From Octopus sinensis (lineage: Eukaryota), in the NCBI RefSeq assembly GCF_006345805.1, contig NC_043006.1, positions 95,418,001 to 95,482,000 on the forward strand: 64,000 bases of DNA, written 5' to 3'. The position numbers were made by a program, and so were the translations under genes. This document shows positions 25,901 to 35,962 of the stretch, one piece after another. How positions within the stretch are numbered: the stretch's first letter is position 1; each line of letters opens with the position of its first letter. The notes beneath the pieces were generated by a model, which made no database searches, was not told where the DNA came from, and saw only the letters and a program-made list of their open reading frames with translations.

Positions 25901-26365
25901 TTCTATCTGGACACGAGCCAACATAATCTACATCCGCTTTGCAAGTTGTGTTAAAGTCTCCTAGCACCACTAATGAATGCGAAGTACCAAGAAAGTTTTC
26001 TAGTTCACGAAAATAATCACTTTGCCCTGTATGGTTGGGTGCGTAAATTGCAACCAGTCTGATAACTTTACCAAATCCATGACGACCAGCCTACCTTCTG
26101 GATCTGCAAAAATTAACTTTTTCTCAGAAACCCGGTTTCTTTTTAATAGGACCAACACCCCACTCCCGCCTGTAGGACTGCCAGGAGAGAAAAAACTCTC
26201 GTAGCCGTCAAACAGCGGGAGTAGACCTCTTGGCCCCTCTAACCGGGTTTCTGTAGCAACAATAACATCTAAATTACGCGACCTGATATCATGCAGGAAG
26301 CGACCTTGCTTCCAGCCTGCTCCCAGGCCGCGCACATTCAAACAACCAACATAAATGTAATCCAT
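22984..26365 (-). pseudogene. ORF2 of element A: AP endonuclease, reverse transcriptase and CCHC zinc finger; two frameshifts (~26075, ~23672)
   Basis: APE motifs CLNVRGL, ATET, (V)AIYAP, VLGDFN, YLDRIL, SDH. RT motifs KAPGLDGLP, FRPITLLN, LDQSKAFDRVDH, VRQGCPLSPLLY, AYADDIT. C-terminal CPRC..ETVPHAIVHC. Confidence 0.92.
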
Positions 26366-26373
26366 TACTTACC

Positions 26374-27754
26374 TTATATCAGTGGTTCGGTTTTCTCTTG
26401 TTCTTCTAACTCTTTTTCTGGGCCTCGTGGGGGAGTCTGACGTAGGCCCTCGAATATATGTGGAGATGTCACATCCAATCTAAGTGGGCCTACGTCATGG
26501 AAGAATTCTGACTTTATCCGCCCGTAATCCTTCCGACCTATTCTGTAAATTACAAAGTCGTTTTTTTTCACTACTTTCTCCACTTTGGCCATGGCTGCCA
26601 ACACGTTTCCGAGTCTGCTATTTGCTGCCTTTACGGCCATATACGAGTTCATTGACTCTTTTTTCTTTTTTAAAATTACTCTGGGAGGGGTGGTTTCCGT
26701 TTTTCTTTTTTTTTTTCCGGTAATTTTTGCCCACCCCTCCTCATTTATCTTTTCCTCGCTCTTTTTTTTCCTCCGCCGCTGGTTCTGCTGTCACCGTCAC
26801 CTCCACACCTTCAGTCTTCCCTTCTGGGCCGTCCGACGCTGCTTCTGGTGACACATTATCTTCTTTTTCTTTTGGCTTAGGTGCTTCCTGCGGTTTGGGT
26901 TGGGGTTGGCATTCCGCCCTTACATGACCCTTCTTGCCGCAGCCGAAGCACCTCGGCTTTCTGCCCTCCACGAAAACTGTTATTTTCTCGTCTTCACTAA
27001 TCTTTACCGTTTCTGGAATTTCTTCCAGTGTTTGCACCTCCGCCTGAATGGCTATCACTATTTTTTGCCCTTTCCAAAACTCCTCTTCCTCCACTGTGGC
27101 CTGGAGGATGTTTATTTTTTCCTCCAGACCTACCATCACTGCTGCCACCAGACATTCAGCATCTGCCTCTGGCGGTATGTTGTTCATTGAAATTTTCGAC
27201 GTCCTTTTTCCTTTATACAATGGTAGTAAGACAATGTTTTCCGCTTTGATTGGCTCCATCGATAGTTTCTTCGCTATCTCCTCCGTAGTAAAACGCACCT
27301 CCACTGTGCCGTATCTTTTTCCTCTGTTTATATACGTTATTTTATCCATAAAAGGTTTTAGACAAAACTCTATTTTTTTTTCTTCAATTTTTTGGATCAT
27401 TTTTTTCGTTGTGTCGTAAGTTTTATATATTATTCTTTTTTTTTCTATATCGTCATGTATTTGTATGTTTGTGGCCACAGTCACTTCTGTGCCTTCTTTT
27501 TTTTACGCAGTCTGCAAATTTTTTAAAATTTTCTATATTTATTTTTTTGATCTTTTTCCAGCCACTTCAGCGAATTTTTTTGCTGGAGTTGATGCTGGTA
27601 CTGGTTTTTCCATTTTCTTGGGCGACGCCGCCTCTTTTTTCTTCGGCGACAGCGCCTCTTTTTTTCTTGGCGACAACGCCTCTTTTTTACTTGGCGACAA
27701 CGCCGGGTATTCATCCTCGCTCGTCACGGGCGAATAAGAGATGGGGGACTCCAT
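26374..27754 (-). pseudogene. ORF1 of element A (RRM-like region plus CX2CX4HX4C knuckle); breaks fall in or near homopolymer runs
   Basis: Pieces 27754-27539, 27484-26741 (CFGCGKKGHVRAEC) and 26652-26374. The breaks lie in A-tract-rich sequence and may be assembly errors. Confidence 0.8.
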
Positions 27755-27983
27755 CTTGAACAAATGGCTTTAACAAGCCTTTGGTAAATCCAAAATAAAT
27801 TGTAGTTTTCCCCCACTGAGGGGGGAACACCAACGCGAAGTCTTCGCGCGAAGGCTGACTTCGTCAGTTAGACAACAATAGACAAAACAGGTAGACCAAC
27901 AGTATATAATAACAGAGATAATAGTACGAGAGCAAAAATATATCAACTTACTAATAACGCAAAAAATTGATTTCCTCCAGGTT

Positions 27984-29656
27984 ATTTCTTTATTACCCAC
28001 CAGGGGCTACGAAGAATGCCGGACATAACAAAACATGGGGGACATAGAACAATATGATTAAATTTATGAGCAAATGAAAATGAAAAAATGATAATATGAA
28101 AGCGATGCTAACGGCCCCCTCCGCCAGCATCACTTACCTGTCCTTTTGTTTTCACTGTCACCTGAATGTTCATTCTCAATACGAAGACCATCCATATCCA
28201 TTCTTACTCCGAAACTGTCCTCCATATATTCCACGAATTCATCGCTCATTCTTGTATCTTTCACCTCCCAATTCTCCCTTTCAAACCTCAACACAAACTC
28301 ATCTATATTCTTCTTTTCCAGCACTGCATATCTGGTCCCATCCATTTCATACCATTCATACTCCTCCATTACCCTTTCAACCTCTTTCTGTTCAGTCACA
28401 ATATAAATGTTCGGCCTGGGTTCGTTTTCAAACTCTTGTCTGTCTGTATTGTTATTTTTCTTTTGTTTTCTTGTTGGAGGGGAGCGGGTGGGTTCACTGT
28501 CTGCAGGGGAAGGGTGGGATTCAGAGGGTGCGGGTGGTGTTGGGGTGGGTTGGGGCTTCGCACAGTTTTTCTTTTTCTTTCTTTTTCTCTTTTTTCTTCC
28601 TTCTTCCCACTCTTGTTGCATCTCCTCTTCTTCTGTCGTTTCTTTTTCCCTTTGGTTCTCTTTGGTTTCTTCCTCTTTTGGGGCTTCCGCGACGATTTCC
28701 TTTTCTTTTTCCTTTAGTGGTGGAGGGCAGTAGGCTCTTATGTGACCCCTCATGCCACACTTGTAGCACCTGGGCGCCCTACCCTCCACCCACACTCTCA
28801 TAATAATATTTCCAGTTTTTATACTGTCCGTAAGCTTTTCTATAACTTCCGCCTCCGTCTGTATGTTCATTACTAGTGTGGCACCTCTCACGCCTTCATA
28901 TTTCATAATGGCGTGGAGGATGTCCACTTTATCTTCATTTCCTTTGATAACCGCAGCCGTTATTAATTCGCCCTCTAGGTGTGGAGGTATTCCTTCCACC
29001 CTAATTCTGGTGGTCCTTCTATTCAAATACGAGGGGAACAAGTAAAACTTTTCTGTACTCACCACATTGGCTGCTATATTCCTGGCTGCTTTCTCACTTT
29101 TAAATTGTACCGTTATGATTCCATATTCTAATCCTTTTGTCATGTACACAATTTCTTCTCCTGTCCGTTTGAAAGCCTCTTCAATTGCTTCCATGTTAAT
29201 CACTTCCATTTTTCTACCTCCATTCATAAATACTTTATATTTAATGGTTCTACGATGGAACCAGTCTCCGCGCCCTGCTAGAGGCAACAGCTCAACCTCT
29301 CCGTTCTCCTCCTCCTTCATGAACTCCTGGAAGTCCGTCAACTTAGCCAGGTCTATCTCTTTTTCTGTTGACTTCTTCGTTATACCTGCATAGGTGCTTT
29401 CCATTTTTTTCACCGCCAACTCCTCCTCAGATGTCGACGAATTTTCAGAGAAATTTCTCCCTTCCATCTCATCCGTTTGGTAGAGGCGGCTCATAGTCGC
29501 CTCAGACCGAAAAACGGCCTCCCGAACAGAAAACGTGCGACGCACAGAACCAGTGCGACGCGAAACCGCACCAACCGACGTTCCAATTCCGCAACCACAA
29601 TTCACTTTTTGTTGTTTTTCTTTTTTAACCGAATTTTACAGAGCGCAAAAAAACGC
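27984..29656 (-). mobile_element. ORF1-only non-autonomous Tx1-derived retroelement (element B); its last 5' bases are displaced to 33155-33158
   Basis: Intact ORF1 followed directly by a ~145-bp 3' UTR ending in the stem-loop/AATAAA tail shared with element A; no ORF2 sequence. Confidence 0.85.
28130..29494 (-). CDS. Intact ORF1 protein of element B (454 aa from the first ATG; RRM-like, zinc knuckle CYKCGMRGHIRAYC, basic NLS-like tract)
   Basis: Open frame, homologous to the ORF1s of A and D (RIRVEGIPP, RVWVEGRAPRC, ends KRTGK*). Confidence 0.85.
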   Translation of the reverse strand: MSRLYQTDEMEGRNFSENSSTSEEELAVKKMESTYAGITKKSTEKEIDLAKLTDFQEFMKEEENGEVELLPLAGRGDWFHRRTIKYKVFMNGGRKMEVINMEAIEEAFKRTGEEIVYMTKGLEYGIITVQFKSEKAARNIAANVVSTEKFYLFPSYLNRRTTRIRVEGIPPHLEGELITAAVIKGNEDKVDILHAIMKYEGVRGATLVMNIQTEAEVIEKLTDSIKTGNIIMRVWVEGRAPRCYKCGMRGHIRAYCPPPLKEKEKEIVAEAPKEEETKENQREKETTEEEEMQQEWEEGRKKRKRKKKKNCAKPQPTPTPPAPSESHPSPADSEPTRSPPTRKQKKNNNTDRQEFENEPRPNIYIVTEQKEVERVMEEYEWYEMDGTRYAVLEKKNIDEFVLRFERENWEVKDTRMSDEFVEYMEDSFGVRMDMDGLRIENEHSGDSENKRTGK

Positions 29657-31395
29657 TATTTCTTTATTACCCACTAAGGGGCTACGAAGAATGGCGGACA
29701 TAACAACACATGGGGACATAGAACATTATAATTAAACTTTATGAACATGAATTGTTAAACGAAAAAAATGATAAAATGAAAGCGATACCAACGGCCCCGT
29801 CCGTCAGCATCACTTACCTGTCCTTTGTTTTTCATAGTCACTTGAATGTTCCTTGCCAATACGAACAAATTCCATATCCATTCTTACTCCGAAATACTCA
29901 TCCATATTTTCCACGAATTCATCGCTCATTCTTATATCTTTCACCTCCCAATTCTCGCATTCACACATCACCATAAAGTCACCTATGTTCTTCTTTTCAA
30001 TCACAGCATACCTAGTCTCACCAACATCATACCATTTATACTCTTCCATTAGACTTTTAACTTCTTTCTGTTCAGTCATAGTACAAATGTACGGCCTGGG
30101 TTCGATTTCAATCTCTTGTGTGTGTGTATTCTTTTTTTTCTTTTGTTTTCTTGTTGGGGGGGAGCGGGTGGGTTCAATGTCTGCATGGATAGGGTGGGAC
30201 TCAGAGGGTGTGGGTGGTTTTGGGGTAGATTGGAGTTCCATATTATTTTCTTTTTTTCCACGTATTCTTCTCTTCCTCTTACTTCCAGCTTCCTTCCATT
30301 TCTGTGTATTCTCTTCCTCTGTTTCCTTCTCCTCTGGTTTCTGCTTCTCTCTCTCTGGTTCGGGATCCATTTCTTTCCCTGGGGGAGGGCAGAAGGCTCT
30401 TATGTGACCCCTCAGGCCACACTTGTAACAACGTGGAGCCCTGCCCTCCACCCACACTCTCATGATCACTTCTCCCAGTCTGATGCTTTCCGTCAGGTCC
30501 ACCAGTACCTCGGTCTCTGCCTGTACGTTCAGCTCCACTGTTATGCCTCTCCAGCCCTCGGACTTAACCGAGGCATGGAGAATATCCACTTCGTCCTCGT
30601 GGCCGCTGATCACAGCCGCCACAATCCATTCTGCCTCCACGTTTGGTGGCACTCCTCCACCCTTATTCGTGTAATCCTCCTGTTTAAATACGTAGGTAAC
30701 AGTGTTACCTTTTCCGACTTCACCGCCTTCGCTGCCATCTTCCTCGCTGCAGATTCACTTTTAAAGTGCACAACTACGGTCCCGTACTTGGATCCTCGAG
30801 TCAGAAAATTTATTTCCTCCTCAGTTCTTCGCAGGGCTTCCTCTATCCATTCCATGGATACAACTTCTACCCTCTTCCTTTCGTTTGCGCACACCCTGTA
30901 AACAATGGTCCTCTTATCATACCATTCTTTTCTCCTGGGTGTCGGTGATAGTTCCACCTCACCGCTTTCCTTTTTCATGTATTTCTGGTAACTTGGCAAC
31001 TTGGCCATGTCGACCCCTTTCTCTTCCGCCTTCTTGGTTACACCGGCATAGGTATAACTCAGCTTGTCTTCCAATTTCCTTGCTGCCATTTCTAGCTCCT
31101 TCTCAGACGCAGACAAGTCTGATAAAGACTCAAAAACTCCAGCCTTTTCCTCCATCAGCTTCACTGCAATTGCCTGTTCCAGTTCCTCATCCGTCGTGGA
31201 CAAGTCTGTTAGAGACTCATAGTCCATTTCCTTCTGTCTGACAGACCGAAAACGGCCGCCAAAACAGAAAAAGTGTAACGCGCTGAACGAGCGAAACGCG
31301 AAACCGCGTCAACGCCGTTCAGAATTTCCACAACAACAACAACTCTTTCTTATCCTTTTTTACCGAATTTTACGAGCGTAAAAAACACGGAGCCG
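29657..31395 (-). mobile_element. ORF1-only element C (1739 bp)
   Basis: Flanked by AAAAAAACGC at 29647-29656 and 31396-31405; nearly identical to element D. Confidence 0.85.
29810..31227 (-). pseudogene. ORF1 of element C with a single 1-bp frameshift at ~30655
   Basis: ACTCCTCCAC in C versus ACTCCCTCCAC in D; otherwise it encodes almost the same 472-aa protein. Confidence 0.85.
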
Positions 31396-31405
31396 AAAAA
31401 AACGC

Positions 31406-33145
31406 TATTTCTTTATTACCCACTAAGGGGCTACGAAGAATGGCGGACATAACAACACATGGGGACATAGAACATTATAATTAAACTTTATGAACATGAA
31501 TTGTTAAACGAAAAAAATGATAAAATGAAAGCGATACCAACGGCCCCGTCCGTCAGCATCACTTACCTGTCCTTTGTTTTTCATAGTCACTTGAATGTTC
31601 CTTGCCAATACGAACAAATTCCATATCCATTCTTACTCCGAAATACTCATCCATATTTTCCACGAATTCATCGCTCATTCTTATATCTTTCACCTCCCAA
31701 TTCTCGCATTCACACATCACCATAAAGTCACCTATGTTCTTCTTTTCAATCACAGCATACCTAGTCTCACCAACATCATACCATTTATACTCTTCCATTA
31801 GACTTTTAACTTCTTTCTGTTCAGTCATAGTACAAATGTACGGCCTGGGTTCGATTTCAATCTCTTGTGTGTGTGTATTCTTTTTTTTCTTTTGTTTTCT
31901 TGTTGGGGGGGAGCGGGTGGGTTCAATGTCTGCATGGATAGGGTGGGACTCAGAGGGTGTGGGTGGTTTTGGGGTAGATTGGAGTTCCATATTATTTTCT
32001 TTTTTTCCACGTATTCTTCTCTTCCTCTTACTTCCAGCTTCCTTCCATTTCTGTGTATTCTCTTCCTCTGTTTCCTTCTCCTCTGGTTTCTGCTTCTCTC
32101 TCTCTGGTTCGGGATCCATTTCTTTCCCTGGGGGAGGGCAGAAGGCTCTTATGTGACCCCTCAGGCCACACTTGTAACAACGTGGAGCCCTGCCCTCCAC
32201 CCACACTCTCATGATCACTTCTCCCAGTCTGATGCTTTCCGTCAGGTCCACCAGTACCTCGGTCTCTGCCTGTACGTTCAGCTCCACTGTTATGCCTCTC
32301 CAGCCCTCGGACTTAACCGAGGCATGGAGAATATCCACTTCGTCCTCGTGGCCGCTGATCACAGCCGCCACAATCCATTCTGCCTCCACGTTTGGTGGCA
32401 CTCCCTCCACCCTTATTCGTGTAATCCTCCTGTTTAAATACGTAGGTAACAGTGTTACCTTTTCCGACTTCACTGCCTTCGCTGCCATCTTCCTCGCTGC
32501 AGATTCACTTTTAAAGTGCACAACTACGGTCCCGTACTTGGATCCTCGAGTCAGAAAATTTATTTCCTCCTCAGTTCTTCGCAGGGCTTCCTCTATCCAT
32601 TCCATGGATACAACTTCTACCCTCTTCCTTTCGTTTGCGCACACCCTGTAAACAATGGTCCTCTTATCATACCATTCTTTTCTCCTGGGTGTCGGTGATA
32701 GTTCCACCTCACCGCTTTCCTTTTTCATGTATTTCTGGTAACTTGGCAACTTGGCCAAGTCGACCCCTTTCTCTTCCGCCTTCTTGGTTACACCGGCATA
32801 GGTATAACTCAGCTTGTCTTCCAATTTCCTTGCTGCCATTTCTAGCTCCTTCTCAGACGTAGACAAGTCTGATAAAGACTCGAAAACTCCAGCCTTTTCT
32901 TCCATCAGCTTCATTGCAATTGCCTGTTCCAGTTCCTCATCTGTCGTGGACAAGTCTGTTAGAGACTCATAGTCCATTTCCTTCTGTCTGACAGACCGAA
33001 AACGGCCGCCAAAACAGAAAAAGTGTAACGCGCTGAACGAGCGAAACGCGAAACCGCGTCAACGCCGTTCAGAATTTCCACAACAACAACAACTCTTTCT
33101 TATCCTTTTTTACCGAATTTTACGAGCGTAAAAAACACGGAGCCG
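31406..33145 (-). mobile_element. ORF1-only element D (1740 bp)
   Basis: Flanked by AAAAAAACGC (31396-31405) and AAAAAACGC (33146-33154). Confidence 0.85.
31559..32977 (-). CDS. Intact ORF1 protein of element D (472 aa; RRM-like, knuckle CYKCGLRGHIRAFC)
   Basis: ATG-to-TGA open frame, homologous to the ORF1s of A and B. Confidence 0.88.
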   Translation of the reverse strand: MDYESLTDLSTTDEELEQAIAMKLMEEKAGVFESLSDLSTSEKELEMAARKLEDKLSYTYAGVTKKAEEKGVDLAKLPSYQKYMKKESGEVELSPTPRRKEWYDKRTIVYRVCANERKRVEVVSMEWIEEALRRTEEEINFLTRGSKYGTVVVHFKSESAARKMAAKAVKSEKVTLLPTYLNRRITRIRVEGVPPNVEAEWIVAAVISGHEDEVDILHASVKSEGWRGITVELNVQAETEVLVDLTESIRLGEVIMRVWVEGRAPRCYKCGLRGHIRAFCPPPGKEMDPEPEREKQKPEEKETEEENTQKWKEAGSKRKRRIRGKKENNMELQSTPKPPTPSESHPIHADIEPTRSPPTRKQKKKKNTHTQEIEIEPRPYICTMTEQKEVKSLMEEYKWYDVGETRYAVIEKKNIGDFMVMCECENWEVKDIRMSDEFVENMDEYFGVRMDMEFVRIGKEHSSDYEKQRTGK

Positions 33146-34412
33146 AAAAAACGCGACCTTTTTTCCTCTACATTGTATACTTTATAGACAATAGTCTTTT
33201 CTTTAATTTAATTTTTTATTATCCATCTCGACTATTCCATTTCTGCACGCTAATTTTATTTTTAATTTATTCACATTCATGTGAAACCACTTATTCAAGT
33301 TCAAATCATTGATGCAATTTTATACCAATTGCTATTTTTACTTTTGTTATGTTACGATTATATTATACTTTAGTTTGATTTTAATTATTACTTACTACAT
33401 ATAATTCAATTGTTTTTATTATCTCTAGTTTTTATTGTTAAAGTATCTGACATAAAATAGAGAAATGTTTTTGTTTCATTTTTAACACGTAATACTGAAA
33501 TAGTGGAGAAGATATGATATTGCTATGGGCTCGCTCTAGGTTAGAAGTTGAACAGTTTGTTTGCCCATGAAACTACATGAGCCCTAAGTAAGGCATGTGT
33601 AAAATTTGAATGAAATTGGTTGTGTAGTTCTCAAGTTTTAGGGAATCGTAGTGGAGAAGATATGATATTGCTGTGGGCTCGCGCTAGGCAAAAAGTTCAA
33701 AATTCTTTTGCCGATGACATTCCCCGGACCCTAAGTAAGGCATGTGTAAAATGTCAATGAAATTGGCTGTGTAGTTCTCAAGTTTTAGGGAAACACACAG
33801 ACAGACAGACAGACACACATTCTCAGTTTCATATATATAAACATAATCGCATAATGAGGAAAATTTGTTGCATTCGATCTGGAGCTGCGTCTTACGAGAT
33901 GTTTTGCAGTTAATCTGGATACACGAAAAAGTGTGTTTGACACATTGATTAACAATTGTTAAGATTGAAATCTTTATGGATGACCTATCGCCACATTTAC
34001 ATTTTCTGCAGAAACATTGTTTTTTTTTCTGGAGAATAAACGCTTAAGGCATATTCGAACCCGGAAAGCAATAAATTTCTCACTGTAAGCACACTAAAAG
34101 CTGCACATAGTGCCACCTATCTAGGCTGTGAAATGCATGGAGAGTAACTCACCTTTAGTCACAGAAAACGGATGCTTTGTTAGCTGATTAAAGAGACTAT
34201 CTCTCTTATGATACTTATCATTCTACGACGAGGAGAATATCTCTTTTATCTCCCTGATCATCTCGCAACGCATCCTGTCCAGTTTCTGTATCTGAGAGGA
34301 GATAACCCTTGCATCTCACAGTTAGGGTAAGTGGCGCTGCGAGCTGATTTTGGTGTGTTCTCAACACTCGTCTACAGCGACAATTCTTCTCCGTGACAAA
34401 ACCCAATGAATG

Positions 34413-34445
<33 letters not shown>

Positions 34446-34864
34446 ATATATATAGGGAGCGTTTACGAAAAAAACAACAGAAGACGAAGACAGGTGGTGT
34501 ACAAAACAAACAGATGTATTAGTATAACGCTCAGGAATAGAAAACTCTTTTACGTTTCGAGCCTACAGAAAGGGACACAGAAAACAAGGAGAGAAAAAAT
34601 GTGTGTAGTCGCTAACGATCTATCATGGCGTCTATATATATATTTATATAAAATTAGAATTAAGGGTATCAAAAGAGATACCGCCATGCTAGGTAGAGCA
34701 GTCAAAACCTGACTATAAAACCACATTATGTGTTCATACAACACAGGGGAAAGGACAAATAAACTGGCAAATGTTAACGGATAATCCACTAATAATTATC
34801 TATAAGGTTTTTTCCCAAACTTGCAACTCGATATGAACATTATTTTCAATAACGGTCTTATCCT

Positions 34865-34902
<38 letters not shown>

Positions 34903-35931
34903 TGTTGTGTCTGGGGAGAGTCATTTTCTTTTTGTGGCTTATAATCTAACACATTCGCCAGTAAAATTAGGGTTAGGGTGTGTAAAATTGTAAGGCACAA
35001 AAAGAAAATAACTCTCTCCAGACACAACAGAATATGCTTCAACACACGAACTCACATAAAGAATCTTGCAAACCAAATCCCAAAACGAAATATATATATA
35101 TATATATATATTCTTACACCTGCTAATTTATAGCTAAATAATGCTATTTGCCTGCGGACCATTAATGTTACTACTGTTGATGTCATCAATTTTAAATTTA
35201 TATTACCAGTAGTGACATCTTATTTCAAATCTTAGTATTTGAATGTTTTGCATATAAATATTTCTGCACCATGTGCTGTGTTTTTTTGGAAAAACAAAAC
35301 CAGTACCCTAGCGGAGTAGTACTCGGTAGTCCACACTGAAAAGGCTCAAGGATTAAATTTCTAAAAGCTGAAACCCGAGCATGTGGATGTCCTAAACCGC
35401 ATAATCTTTTTTACTTGTGCTTTTGAATGTATTAATTCTTTCTGTTTCCTCGCCTACTATTATTTCTCTATCTTGGTGATTTAAGACTTTAGCTCTTATA
35501 TATAAATATATATATAAAATTAAATAAGGGTAGAAATTGATATTAATCGATTAAAACCAGTGGCATAGCAATATTTAAAAAATCCGAAGATTAAAAATTT
35601 TTTTACATACAAAATTTAGAGGATTGACCACTAAAAGGAGACAGCCTATATGCTAGATATAGACGTCAAAATCGCCATTTTCCACGGAGAATGTGTTCTC
35701 AAGGAAAAATTCAACAAAAAACCAAAGCGTAAAAATAAGCAAGACAAATGAAAATATACGAAATAAAAAACAATTACCTATGTACTAATTGGTTTCACTT
35801 GTTAATAATTTACGTATATAAATACATAAACATCTGCAAGATCATCAGCATAATCTGTGGTTTACGAAACACAATTTCTAGAACTAGTTACAGGGCACTC
35901 GCCCGAAATCCAGCATTGTATAAAGTTCCTC

Positions 35932-35962
<31 letters not shown>

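Larger units (their letters stand above)
22739..27970 (-). mobile_element. Full-length Tx1/L1-group non-LTR retrotransposon (element A)
   Basis: ORF1 with a CCHC knuckle, ORF2 with APE, RT and a C-terminal zinc finger, a 3' AATAAA, and a 13-bp TSD TTTCCTCCAGGTT at 22726-22738 and 27971-27983. Confidence 0.92.
22248..33843 (-). mobile_element. Second Helitron copy, split by ~10.4 kb of nested Tx1-family retroelements (host parts 22248-22736 and 33159-33843)
   Basis: CTAG plus GACCCGGCGTTGCCGGGTC hairpin at 22248-22277. Both host parts match 16736-17794 on either side of TTTCCTCCAGG. Confidence 0.85.

Noticed and set aside
27993-28130. 45-codon hydrophobic ORF (MLAEGAVSIAF..APGG) starting at the TGATG overlap of element B
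   Set aside because: In C/D the same frame stops after 23 codons, and T-rich UTRs readily give hydrophobic ORFs, so it is not supported as a mini-ORF2.
28128-28140. Idea that the ORF1-only elements arose by splicing out ORF2 from the GTAAGT donor
   Set aside because: The GT donor and the following ATG are retained in B-D; splicing would have removed them.
28096-32862. Plus-strand ORFs of 150-260 aa antisense to the ORF1s
   Set aside because: Phe/Leu/Ser-rich shadows of purine-rich sense codons with no recognisable domain.
29657-33145. C and D as LTRs, or their ORFs as retroviral gag or host CCHC genes
   Set aside because: They abut with no internal region, PBS or TG..CA ends, and they share the tail and ORF1 of the adjacent non-LTR element.
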